A stretch of 64,000 bases of DNA from Channa argus (lineage: Eukaryota): NCBI RefSeq assembly GCF_033026475.1, contig NC_090205.1, positions 6,037,544-6,101,543 on the forward strand. Reading direction: 5' to 3'. Every line of letters begins with the position of its first letter. The stretch's first letter is position 1. The notes under the pieces were generated by a model. It ran no database searches and was not told the DNA's origin. It saw only the letters and a list, made by a program, of their open reading frames with translations. This document shows positions 1 through 13,470 of this stretch, in pieces. Both the position numbers and the translations under genes were made by a program.

Positions 1-457
1 TTTTAGAAATGTTAAGTTTACTTTCTGGGGTATAGTATTTATTAAAAGCACATCACACTGTTTAATCTCAGTAATTCTTACTCAAAACTGCTTGCGTTTA
101 ACATCATTATTTAACCAGTCTTATTATATAGAACTCACGGTACCATTGACTTTTTTTTTTACATGAAACCATTAGTTTAATAAATGAAATGTGTTGTAGC
201 TGATTACGACTTTAAAGAAACAAAACCAGTACACTTCCCAGCATAGACTCTTTTGGTAGTTTGAAGAAGACATTAATGATGGAAATTGCTGTTTGTTTTT
301 AGTGTATAATGAATTGTTAATTACTAACTTAAATTCAGTGTCTACCCCCCAGTTATGCACATTTGTTTGAAGGTCAAGTAATTTGATTGAGGGATTTATT
401 TTACAATAATGTAAATATTAGAAACCAATTTGTTGTTTGCTATCCACCATAAACATC

Positions 458-490
458 AAGAAGAAGAAGAAGAAGAAACAGAAGAAGATG
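458..490. repeat. (GAA)n microsatellite
   Basis: The sequence is a direct read of aagaagaagaagaagaagaaacagaagaagatgaagaa. Confidence 0.9.
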
Positions 491-654
491 AAGAATCAGC
501 TCTAACTGTACCAGTGGGAGCTACCTCGGCCTTTACACTGACTTTGGTACAAAATGGCTCCAACAGCTACAGTGAAATGAAGAACTAACTCTTCCAACTG
601 AGAAAAGTAAGAGACTGGAAAATCCCGTCCAAATAGAAGAATCCATTATGATAA

Positions 655-688
655 CTAAAGATTTAGTTAGTTAGTTAGTTAGTTTTTG
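655..688. repeat. (TTAG)n microsatellite
   Basis: The sequence is ttagttagttagttagttagtt. Confidence 0.9.
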
Positions 689-1924
689 TTAAGTAAACTT
701 ACTCAGAATTTTACATTTATTTTACTCTTAAACAGTCTGTTCGATTAATCTTCAATTAATTATTAATTTGTGACTCAATTCGCTTGTCAAAGTGAGGCGA
801 ATGGTTTTCTGAATCTTTTCAGGTAAAGTTTTAAAGTGTACATTATTATGGTTTCCTGTTGACTCTGTCAAGTTGTTTTAGATTGGAACATGTAATCACA
901 CTGACTTTCTCCTTCATTGAGAGGTTTATTGGAAAAATAGGAAAACAGCAACCAATAAATAACTACTGAAAATGATCTTTAAAAAAACACTACTCCTACA
1001 ACCTGATTTGAAATATAGTTCACAAAAAAATCTGGATACCCTTTATGTCTAATGTGAAATTGTGCATTTTAATTTTTACTGAAGCTGGATATCTCTCCAA
1101 TACAAAAGATATAAAACTACATACTAATCATTGGCATTTCTTTTTATTTTATACTAGTGTGTCCAGGTAACTGACCTTATTTATGTTTTATTTTTCATAT
1201 TCATAAAGTGTCTGGGTGGTATTAGCTCTTGCTTGGGAACTATTTATTTATTCTTCTTATGAACTTAATGTACAATGTCCCAGTTTTTTATGTCCCCAGC
1301 TCAAGTTTTTATTTAAAAATCTATTTCACCCGTACGCGCAAGCATATAGTGTATATACTAATAGGGTAACTAGCTAAAACTCCACTCCTGTGTAAATAAA
1401 TACACACACGGGTGAAATTACTTTATTTATGAAAGTAAACATTAAATATAAACCATCTACAGGATGGATAGTTTCCACATTACAAACATCATTTATTAAT
1501 GTTACATCCAGTATGTAAATATGAAGACAGACACCACTTTTTAAGCAAAGTGAGGAATTTATAAAAAACAAACTTCAGGCCTCCACAGAAACTCATGCGT
1601 ATCCACATAAGCTGAAGAGATGAGAAAGGCCAACCCCAGTCAGTTGAAATTTGAATGTATCAAACAGATGGGAGCCAACTCGTAGACAATGGGTCAATGT
1701 ACATTTACATATTTAGCAGACGGATCACTGCGCTGAACAGTGTGATGTAAAACCCTAAAGATAGAAGGTTGCGATTTCCATAAAGGCAGTGTGAGTAATG
1801 TTGAATTTGTGGAAGCTGTGAGCAGCTGCTGGAGATTCTGCAGACATCCAACTCAGACCACAGGTAAATTCCTCTTTTTCTCTGTTAAAATGAACATGAG
1901 TAGGTTTTATGTTCTATCTCTGGC

Positions 1925-2345
1925 TACAAGACTGTATATTCAATTCAACTTTATTTCTATAGCACAGAATCATAAAAAAATAATCATAAGGCACTTTACA
2001 GAATAAAGTTGAGACTATAAAGATGTTTGATATGGCACCATAATTCACAGGGTTTGTCATAAAGGAAAGTTTGAGTTCTTAATGAAAGTAAATTTAGACT
2101 GAGAGAAACCCATTTTTGCACACAAATAAAATAAATGTAAGAAAATAATTTCATGTGTAATTCAACTAACTATATAGCATCAGATAATTAACATAAAACC
2201 ATAAGACAGTTTACAAAATAAAGTCAAGACTATAAAGATGTATAGAGGGAACCCAATAATTCCCCCTGGAACAAGTCTTAGGTAACAGTGGAGAGGACAA
2301 ACTCCCTTTAACAGAAGAAACCTCCAGCAGAACCAGGCTCAGGGT
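1925..2345 (-). mobile_element. Two partial copies of the 3' tail of an L2-type LINE / LINE-dependent SINE (reverse orientation)
   Basis: The reverse complement matches the tail that follows the L2 ORF at 26110-26385 (cctgagcctggttctgctggaggtttc...gggagtttttcctctccactgtt...ctttattctgtaaagtgcc...aattggcgctatataaataaagttgaattg). Another copy lies at 11282-11500. Confidence 0.6.
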
Positions 2346-3580
2346 GGACGACCATCTGCATCGACCGGTTGGGGTAAAAGTGAAGAGAGAAAAGAACAGA
2401 ACAACAAAAAGCAACAACAAAACATCGGGCAGGTTGGTAGGATCAGTAGCTGCACGCTGGAAGACACACAGCTTCAAAGCCAGGGACACCTGCAGGAAGG
2501 GACAGAGAGAGGGGGACAGAGAAGGACAAAGACAAACAGAGTTCATGACATACAGTGGTGACATAAATAGGTAGAAACTTTTTACTCCAAGGGGATTTTG
2601 TTTGTGTACTGCAGTTGCTGTTAAACATATAAATATATATACATACACAAAGTAATGATATTAATAAAATAAAATAAAAAAATACTAATAACACACTGTA
2701 CATTGTGCAATTTAATGAGGTGGACAGTCCTAAAAAGTGAGCGAGATGTTCCCGTGTTGTCTATTGAAAGTGCCTTCATGCATGTTGTTTACTGTGCATA
2801 TACAGAGACATTTGGATGTATGTTAGTTAAGAAATTATAATTTGATGAAATGGTGCAGGGGGAGAGGAGAGAAAGGAAGGTGCAATAGGCCTATAGCAGC
2901 ATAACCAAGTTAGTTCAGAGTCACTGAGCAACCTTAACTATTACCATTAAGTGCTTTATATTTAAGAAGCAGGGTTTTAAGTTCTGTTCTACATTTTATG
3001 GGAGAGAACTTAGTGAAGGTGATTTATGATCTCTCTTGCCAATTCCAGGCAAAACTCTTGCTGCAGCATTTTGGATTAATTGTAGTAAGTTCCCAACAAC
3101 TATACACACACTAGAGTAAGTTAGTTCATTTAATTTTACAACCTAATCTGTCAGATGGACAATGGAGGTGGAGTCTAGGAGTAAGTGATACCATGGAGTT
3201 CAGTTACGTTCAGCGGCCTGTCCTGGTATTACTTGCCATCAGATTGCAACTAAAGTCCTATCATGAAAGACAATTTATAAAGTGAATTAGTTCTTGGGCC
3301 CACAACCCTGTCAAAGAATTTCTCATTTTGCTATTCTGTTAACACTGAATTCATGGTACATAATCATTGTGGAAGCACAGCAGGGAATTGTAGCTGAAGT
3401 ATTACGACGTTATTTAGAAGTTAAAATCATCAATAAGTACGAGCTTAAAACTTGTTTAACACCGAAGGTGTTTGTGACAAAGTTTGATTTGGTAGATTAA
3501 AGTGTGGAGTTTCTTATGGAACCTTTGAATGAGAGCCAGTTTGTACTTAACATTGACTGTTTTTCAGGTTCTGGCTCAGA

Positions 3581-6500
3581 ATGACCTGCTGTGTGTTGTA
3601 CCTCTTCTTTTCGGTCCACCTCATATCCCCCGTCACTCCTGTCGACCCTACCGGCATCAAAGTCCGAATCACCAACGCAGCGCTAGATGCTGGTCTCTCA
3701 CACGCTCTCTCACACACAAAGTAGCACATTGAGAGGGATGCAGAGTATAAGTGACTTTTTTAATTTAGCAGCACAAAAATGGATAAGAAATTCAGGGAAC
3801 AAACATCAAAACATATTACATAAACCAAGGAACTAAAAAAAGAAAAAAAGGGACCAGGGCCAGGAGAAACTGAGTCTGGATATCAGTGTGGGCACAAATA
3901 CAAAGACTCAGAAGTGGTGGAGACGAGACTGGTCAACCAAAGAGAAGGGACGTGAGGTCTAAACTGACTTATTAAACAAACACAGGGTATTAAAAAGGAT
4001 AAACTACAAATCACTCCAAAAAGGAGGAAAAACACTGATTTGACCCCAAAGAGTTACAATACAAATTGCAAAGACAACACAAACCAGGGCAGAACTAAAC
4101 ACAAGACGAGGCCAGAATGACTGGTGCAGCTAACTAGTATGTGGACTGAGACAACTAAGGAATTAACTTAAGGAAAAGGAGACAGAATACAAACCGATGT
4201 GAACAGATAAAAAGAAATTTTAAGGTCGGCACAGACTAAGCAGATATTATCCAAATGCCAAATCTAAAGTGTCACAGGAGACTAGAAACTAAATGTGCAC
4301 ACGAACAGGGACAAAATAAAGCAACCAAGCCTCAGACCAGAACAGGTGAGAATAGAACGATGATGATTGGTGAAGCTGGAGGAGTGAACTGGGGAGAGGA
4401 AGTGGGGAAATACAAAATAAAAGTTCATAGGAGGAAGTGAATCTGAAGGGCCAGACAGTGACAGGGACAACTGTTGAAGACACAAATAAGTGATCAAAGC
4501 CAAATTGCTGGTCTCATTTCTGGGGAGTCCTTGGTAAAACCACAGACTGTAAAAACCCCTCTGTAACACTATTCACATTTCTAACACATACATGCTAATG
4601 CTACTGCTAACAATTGCAGTATGCTGATGTCAGCAGTAGAACATAACATCCTGTTCTCCTACTCTGTCTGCACTGCTTCTATAGGAGCGACGCAAAGGCT
4701 TAACATGATTAAATACATTACGGAAATGTGAATGTTAAAATGCCAGACTGTCTTGCACTAACAGTGATTTCGTTCACTGGTTCATTAACATCAGGTGAAC
4801 TGGTACCAGGGTTTTTTCGTGGGGTTTTTGCTCAGTAAATGTCCATAACACATGAAACAACATTAAACTTAGGCATTTGTTTGAATATTTTTTTACCAGG
4901 ACAGAAAAAAAATTTCTTATAGTGTAAACTTAAGGTGGTTTCATTTATTTTGTCCGAATAGAATAATGTAGCAGTTGCAACCAGGCGGATTAGATCTGTA
5001 AAGGATGGATTTTTAGCTCTCCCCAATTGTTAGGGTTAAGCAAGCTGTTATTTGTTTGACTATTTGGAGATAGAAAACTGAATAGGTTATGTATTTAACA
5101 TTTCTGACACTGTGCAAACACACTATTAGCCTCTTACAGTTTATTATTACCAACAAGGATTTAAATTTTGAGTTTAAAACTTTTTAAGTTCTTTCCCAAA
5201 TGTGCCACCCTACTGAGGCACAGGAGGAAGGGTGGTCGTCCACCAATCCCCCAGTTATTGGTTCCACCCCTGGCTCCTCGGGTCACATATACCATTTATC
5301 ATTTATTTTAAGTGTGTGCCCCAGTCTGCCCACCCCATTTAAATAATTTCTAGATCTGCCTTGACCTAAGTAATCAGCTGTTTTTCCTGTTTCACCAATA
5401 CCTCCACCTGAGGGTGGTTTCGAGATAAAGGAGTTAAAGCCAAGCTGTTCACAGAAATGTGCTATGTGCAGTTGGGGCTTCGCTGCAAGCACTAGTTCAG
5501 ACCTGGCCCTGTGTTTTAATTTGACAGAACTCCCTGATTACCCGAGTCAAATAAGTCAGATATCACAAATCTGAATAATATGGACTTTAAGTCCACATTT
5601 TTGTTTGTGCTCTTTGACTTAAAATGGAAAATTTAGCTTTGTAGAAAATACAGAGATACATATTGTGTATCACCATTCAGCCTAAAAAAATCACTCGCAA
5701 AAAAGACTGCAATGGAAAAAAACAACTAGTGTCTCTGAAATAAGCGTCATTGGACTTTAAAGTCTCTATAAAGTATTCACTAATTCACTCATCTGGCTGT
5801 TGGATTTAGATAATCACAGAGCATGTAGTTCATTTGATTATTTTTTACAGACAGACCTCTACACTTATGTGAGTTTCATATTAATGACGGTTAGATGTCA
5901 TAGTACATTCTGAACAAATAGTAGGATGCATAAATCCACGTTTTACTTTTACTGAAGAACCTGAAGTATCTGTGCTGCTTTTGCAGTGAAAAATGTTGCG
6001 CTGACGTATTTGAAGGATCTGGTAAACAAACCTCTTCCAGACTTTGAACTCCCATGTGGGCAACCATGCAGTGTCAAAGGGTAAGGTAAATTAGGATTTT
6101 ATATATATATATATTTATATATATATATATGCTTTTAAATATATTTTCCCCTCCCCTCAGGTTGATAGTAAATAGTCTGGAGTGGAAAACGATTGATCTT
6201 CACTTCGAGGAGAATTCTGGTCTCCTTTTTGAGATCAGGGACCTTCAGTTCACTGGAAAACTTCAAAATAGCCTGAGTCTGTGGTTCATTCAGCACTTTG
6301 TGTATGTATATAGCATCGTTTTCTTTTGATGTGTCAGAAACACTTTTTGGACTCTGCCTCAAACTACAGTTCAGCTGAGTAAATCAACGAATCGGTCATA
6401 AAATTTACTGAAATTAATATTTTATATTAGTTCTGAGTATTGCAGCTTCCTCTATTTTATGTAAATGCAGCAGAGTTTATTTGCAATTTTTATTGAATTT

Positions 6501-9500
6501 AATTACATACAGTACCTGTAGGTGATCAGTGAAGATCAGAGTACCACTGTCATTCCAGCAGGGAAAGTTGTTACTGTAAGAGGACTGATTCAGTTTTCCA
6601 TGCAGCTGTAAGTTTACTTTAGTTGTGAGTTACTCAGCTAGCAAACACTGTGGAAAAGCTTCCAATTGCAGCCTGTGACTTACAGTATTTATTGGCTTCT
6701 TTTTTGTAATTTTTATTTCAAAGACACTGGAGCAACGATTAAAAGTTGTGTATTTGATGTGCTTTCTGTTGCAGTGATGGGGAGGTGAAGTTTGAAGGAA
6801 CAAATGTCAACGCTATTACTGAAGTGAAACTGGCCTCAACCCAACAAGGACGCCTGGAAGTGGATATAGCAAAATGTGAAATTAAAGCAGACCTCAGTGT
6901 AGAGGCTCCTGGTCGCATACTTGGGTAACATAAGACTAAGACAAGGTCCAGTTTTACACCAGTCATTGCTGTGTAATCATTGACTTCTGAGGTCAAAAAC
7001 GGATAGAAAAACTTCCATAACTGCAGGCAGTGATGCAGGTCCTGTGCTGAAGACTGTTCGCCCCTCAGTTCCCCCGTTTATATTTTTCTGAAGTTATATA
7101 GCCACAGAAATAATGAAATATTACATGACGTGGAATTTAATTTTATTTGTGTGATACACTTTTTAATGCTTAGCCCACATTGTAGTACAAACAGAACGAT
7201 TCTCAGTCACTAATCCAAAAAAACTCATAAATAGTAAATATTTTACAATAAAAAAGCACAGTCCTTAGACCATCTGTCCACATACGTCAGGATCAGCTTG
7301 CAGCTTGAAAAACAAAAATAAATCAACCATAAAAAAATCCATGAAATATAAAAGATCCAAGTTATAAATCTTTTAAATAAGCACTTTTTAAAAAAAACAT
7401 ATTTGCAAGTCTGTTCCAAAGTCGAATCATCTCACATTTATTTCTGACATTTGGGGGCTTCCTGTCCCATGTCTCCAGTAACAGCCAATACTGAAGGGAT
7501 TTGTTAACTCACAAAAATGATCAAATTGCTCTTTTATCTGTTCATGAGAGCGACAGATGCACAACCTGAAATCGGAAACACAGACGACAACTGTGAATAT
7601 GTATAGAAACCAAGATCTTTCCATGAGTGGACAATGATCCGATGTGGTGACCCTGATAAGCCGAAAGGACAAAAAAAATAAATAAATAAAAAAAATCTAT
7701 ACATAAGCTAACTTTACTGAGCATCGACCCCAGCGCTCTTCCTGCTGAGTTGGCTACAACACTGATACCACGTTTTAAAGGTCTAAAAAAGGCTCATTTC
7801 AGACTTTTCCGGGTTTACTATAGCCTCCATTTCCAGCAATCAGCCACAACATTAGGTTAATGAGCAAATCAGCTATCCAACCCCCATTTACTTTGAAATC
7901 CTAAATTGTTGAGGATAACACCCTGTTCTAAACTGATTTTTTTGCAAACAGGCAACTGATGCTCGATAGACTTAATGGCATTTTAAAACGTTCAATCACC
8001 TCCTGATATTCTGTATATGTTTTGGTGGTAAAATGCCATCAGAATGTTTACATCCTGAAAAAAAAAATGCAGCAAAATAATTTCCCCCATTTTTCCATTA
8101 CCACATTTAAAACTGAACTATAAATATGCGTTAAATCCAGACATAAATTCAAACTTTCCTCTTTATTTTTATACTTTATATAACTATATGTTGTAATAAA
8201 TACAATGACAATGAATTAACTGAACCCTTGAAGTCCTCTTAGGTCTGGTCTTTGTACATATTTTTTCAAATGTTATTAAAACAGGGTCAGGATAAAATAT
8301 AATTTTCTTCATCACACACACTAATGCTCTCTCTTTAACATTAACATCAAGGACTTTTCTCACAAATGTTTTTAATATATTTACCTACCTCATGTTTGAT
8401 TTTGTCTTAAGTAAATCCTCCATGTTCAAGTGTCAGTAAAGTTCTGCTGCAATATCAGATACTGCTGCTGATGTTTGTATTTCGTTTTTCAGAGTTGTGT
8501 GGGACTCGGTGAGAGAACTTCTTAATGACTTCTTAGAAGATGAGGTTTGTTCTGCTTTCAGTCACTAATAGAAATAAATCAGAGGACTGTTTTTCAAAAC
8601 CCAAGTTACCAGGTAGTTTAAAGTAATGGAAGATGTTACTCTGAAAACTCACATTAAACCTAAAAGCAAGTAGTGACGGACTTTAATTTAATTTAGGTAT
8701 CAGTGCTTATAAAGATAAATACATACATAAAGAAAAGTCCTAGAATGTGAAGATAACAATAACAAAAAAATCTGGCAAATCAGTGCTCATGATCTAAAAG
8801 AGAATCTAGAAATCTATGACAAGGAGAAAACATTAAAGCAAAATGCTATAACAACGAATGTTTCTGGGACAAAATATTTTTAAGTGTATAAGTTGCAGAA
8901 CAGTATTTTAATATTGGGTGTAAGGCTGCTGAGTGGTAGCTCATACTAGCCTTGTGGCCCCTCTCCCATCCTGATGGGCTAGGAGCATGAGGAAAAGAGC
9001 TGGGGGATAGTGTTCTGTGGGACATCCAGGTTTCGGTAAGTGTAAGTAGGCTGGGATGAAGTCAGCCTTGCTCACTGCAGACTGGCAGTTCCACAGAGCA
9101 AGAGAAAAAGAGGTGGGGGTGAAAGTGGGGAGTGTGTTGTCTTCTATGAGAACAACATGCCCTCTGACGTTGACACATAGCGGATCTAAGTACAAAAAAA
9201 GAAAAATAGGTTTTGCCTGGTGGACTCACATAGGTCAGAACACAAAGGTAGACACTTCAGCCAGTCAGGTACCTTAACATCCACCCCCTCATTGAAACCA
9301 AACTAACTTTTTGTATTGATAACAAGAACAAAAAACATCTGGACGACTAAACTTTTGTCTGTTTGCAGCTCTGTTTTGTTCTAAAGGCAACTGCTATGCC
9401 ACTAATCAACATCATGTTAGAAGACCACTCCATGAAGATGCAGCAACTCCTCAACTCCCCCATCCTCAACATTTTCATCGACATTGATTACTCTCTGAGT

Positions 9501-12500
9501 GGAGACATGACTGTGACATCCAACAGCCTCGATGTGCCTTTCAGTGTAAGAAATGAACACCTGTCACAACATCTGATCCTGAACACAAGTGTCTACCTGC
9601 ACAAAATTCACAATTTGAGTGACTGACATATCAAAAGGTAAAGTGGTTAAGTGACTGATGTTTAAATAATAGTACACATAGATCACAATGCTTATTTTTA
9701 AACAGAAAACATCCATTCATATGCATATGACAGACCACTGACAAGTACAATATGAGCCTGCTCTTCAAAAAAGACCAAGAAGAGACAAATATTAGACGAA
9801 ATAAAATCATTGACTGGGCAGCATGGTCGACTCCATCTGCCGGCTGCAGCCTTTCTGTGTGGAGTTTGCATGTTCTCCGCGTGCTTGTGTGGGTTTCCTC
9901 CCACAGTCCAAAGACATTCATGTAGGTAATTGGTGACTCTAAAATTGCCTGCCTGGTGTGAATGTGGGTGTGAATGGTTGTCTGTCTGTATATGTCTCTC
10001 TGTGTTGGCCCTGAGACAGACTGGTGGATTGGTCTCCAGTCCTGTTCAAGGTCACAGGGGGCTGGATTCTATCCCAGCTGTCCGAGGTGGATGCTGCCTC
10101 TCACCCTGTAACAGCTGGGATAGAATCCAGCCCCCTGTGACGTTGAACAGGATAAGTTGTTACAGATAATAGATGGATTGAATATCAGTCATTGAAAATT
10201 TTAGTAGTGGTGTGAGGAGAAGCTACTGCTGGAGTCTGGTTATGAGTGGTGTTAGCTAACATTTACTACAACTCACCTAATGCTGCACTCAAATCACAGA
10301 ATTGTAGCTTGTTTTCACAAACCACTATGTAGTAAAAACAACGTTGGTCTTCTGATACCGGCAGGAGTATTAATACTTGCACTTAGTGAAAACTAAAGCA
10401 CAAAGATCAGCATTATCTCACATTATTGAATATGAATTCACACTGTAGTTCTTGCTCCATATTTTATAACCTGTATTGTAATAAAATAATATTTGTGTGT
10501 GTTTCAGGGCTTCATGTTCCTGCAGGGGGACAATGTGGAAATCAGTTTGATAGAGGGATATTCAAATTCACATATGGATGAAACCGACATGATGGTTTAC
10601 TTTGGCATCTCTGAGTTCTTCTTCAACAGCATCGGCATGTTGCTGTATAGGTCAGGGCCCATTCTACTTGACGTTCCAAGGGTAAGACCAGCTGATGGGA
10701 CTTTAAAACCCCACAAAGTGCTGCAATGACATGACCCACCACAGGTCAGCAGTGGTCACACAACTTCATCATTTTTGTGTCATGTTTTTCATCTCTTTGT
10801 GATCATTTTCTTTTGTTTTTTTACTGAGCTCTTTCAAACAAGAAGTATGAACATGCCAGAAGCTCTGGCCTGTGGGCCAATGATAGAGCATGTTTTAAAA
10901 TTTGACACTACTGCAAATGTAATTGATAATATAAAATGACTGCATTGATAAAGCTTCTCTTCTTCTCATAGCAAACGTAACATCCTGGTCTTTAAATCAA
11001 CATGAATTGCTAGTGATTATGAAAATGTGTCATCTGTTAATCACTGATAGTATCACAGGTAGAGGTGAACATATCAGCAGAACATAAACTCCATACAGCA
11101 GATTAACAAATTTTGCACATTGCGCTTCCTCTCATCACTTTCTGTTCTCCTCAACAGATAGAAACATTTGGTGCAAATTTAATTCTGAAAAGTTTAGGAC
11201 TTCCTCAGGTAAGCAGAAATACTGTGAAAACTGATTCTGTTAGAAAGTGACCATCTTTATATTTGAGTTAGTCCCTCCAGAGTTTTCGTGATGTTGCAAA
11301 CATCCTGGTTCTGCTGGAGGTTTCTTCCGTTAAAGGGAGTTTTTCCTCTCCACTGTTGCCTATGGCTTGCTCCAGGGGGAATTGTTGGGTTCTCTTTATA
11401 TATCTTTATAATCTTGACTTTATTCTGTAAAGTGCCCTGAGATGACTTTGTTGTGAATTGGCGCTATATAAATAAAGTTGAATTGAATTGAGTTGAATTG
11501 AACAAATAATTCAAGCAACCCTCTGTAAATTCTGCTCAACCTTGCAATTTGAAACATCATAGAAACATTGCAACATGCATCACTAATTTAAAAAAAAAAA
11601 AAGCTGTTGCAAAATTAGACATGTTAGGCCACAACATTAAAATGAAAGGTCAGAGAAATACTTGAGGGACTGTTTAGTTTCTGTCGTCATTGTGTTAATC
11701 TCCTAATAATTTCAGCAAATGTAAAGGTTGTTGTTAAGATAATTTGACCCTTTGATTGATGTATCTTAAAAAGTATCATCAGTTCTCATTTACAACATTG
11801 TTATTGCCCATGTTCCTGCTGCTGATGCCTGTTTCTGTTACAACTAAAGGGCCCTGTTACTGTGACGCTTATTAAAGCTCCGCTTGTCACTATCAGCCCG
11901 AATGGACTCTCTGCTAATGCGTTAGCTATCGCTCAGTCTCATCAAGCAGGGACAGCACCTGTTGCTGTGGTAAGAACATATACACCCCCACATCTGATTG
12001 ATGTTTTCTGTCACGATTCTGTTAAAATTAGTGAGCTATGCGTCCACCGATGGAGTAGGTTATAGAGAAGTCCAGGTATGTTTGAAGCTGTGAGAGCTTC
12101 ACATTAACCACTGGACCACCACAGCTCTTCAATCTGTCTGGGAGACAGAGACAGAAAGAGTGGTTGAGTGGAGACTAAGTAAAGAGAGGGAGCAGTGTTA
12201 ATGACAACAAAGCAGTAAATGTGAGAACATTTTCTGAGAGTTTCAGTTTTATTATGTTCTAAAGCAAAAATAAACACACCACCTCTGCTCTGCTTATGTG
12301 TGTGCGTAGCCTGTGGTCAAACAGAGACACAGACCTGAACCTGGACTCATGTAGTTAATGTTCACAATGCAGATCACTGACACACACACTCTGCAGGATC
12401 TTAACACTGCTCCACCTGGGAGGGATGATTGACTGACTGTGTGACGCTAACGTTTTCCACACTTTCTGTTCACATGCAGTTGAGGGAAAAAAAATTTGCT

Positions 12501-13433
12501 CCCCTATTTTCAAAGGGCAGAAAGAGTAAAACAATCTTTTTATCAACATAATATTTAATGCAGATTGAGCTAGTACATGTTTCCTCATCAGGATTCGTAG
12601 TTAAGCTTCAATTAATTTATCAAGGGGGATGCAAACTTAGGCTCTTTTTAGACACTCCTTTTCAAATTTTACTTCTGATGCTAAAAGAACATTTGTACCA
12701 GCTGAGTGTGCATTATTAATATTTTAGGATTAGTTTCAATGTAGGGGGGGTGTAAACTTGTAAACAACGATTTGTTGAAGCTCTGTATAAAGATGGGGGC
12801 CAGCACAAAGTTCGAGACACAGGCCAGACACTCTGTGTTGGTCTGGATCGATATCGATCTTTTGTCTCTGCAAGAGCTGGTGATCCTTTTCATATATCCT
12901 TAATGCCGATGGGGGGGTCACTGAGTAGTAGTTATGATGTGGTGGGTTGTTCTTTTGTGTGACTCATTTATCAACTTCTTTCTCTTTCAGAGCTGTAGCA
13001 TTGTTTTAAAGCTGGATTTGAAAGAAAACAGTTTGCATCTTTTGTCTACAGTTGCCAAGTAAACACAAAAACACACACACACCAACACACACAATATATA
13101 TATAGTGCAGTTTTTATACAGGCTAATAAACAATTTGTATTAAACTCTTGATTTTTCAGCTGTAAAGTTCGACCTCAAAAGTCAATGCTAGTAAGAAAAC
13201 ACTGGAATACTAAATTTTAAACCATCTCCTAATAATTGTAATATCTGTAATAATAACTGTATATGTGTTTTTTCTATGCAGGAAAATGTGTTTTTATTTC
13301 CACTGAGTTCACTAGTTCAACATGAAGCCAGTCAGATGATTATAAATACTTTGGACAGTAAGCACCAACACTGAATTTCACAGTGACACTGCAATTTGTA
13401 TTTTATATGGGATCATGATTTGTCTGTGTTTGT

Positions 13434-13470
<37 letters not shown>

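Noticed and set aside
2211-2648. 145-aa and 86-aa ORFs
   Set aside because: They lie within repeated LINE/SINE tail copies and adjacent low-complexity sequence. They match repeat sequence elsewhere in the window rather than a gene.
9930-10169. 79-aa ORF (CECGCEWLSVC...)
   Set aside because: It lies entirely within the common teleost interspersed repeat. The Cys richness comes from TG-rich repeat sequence.
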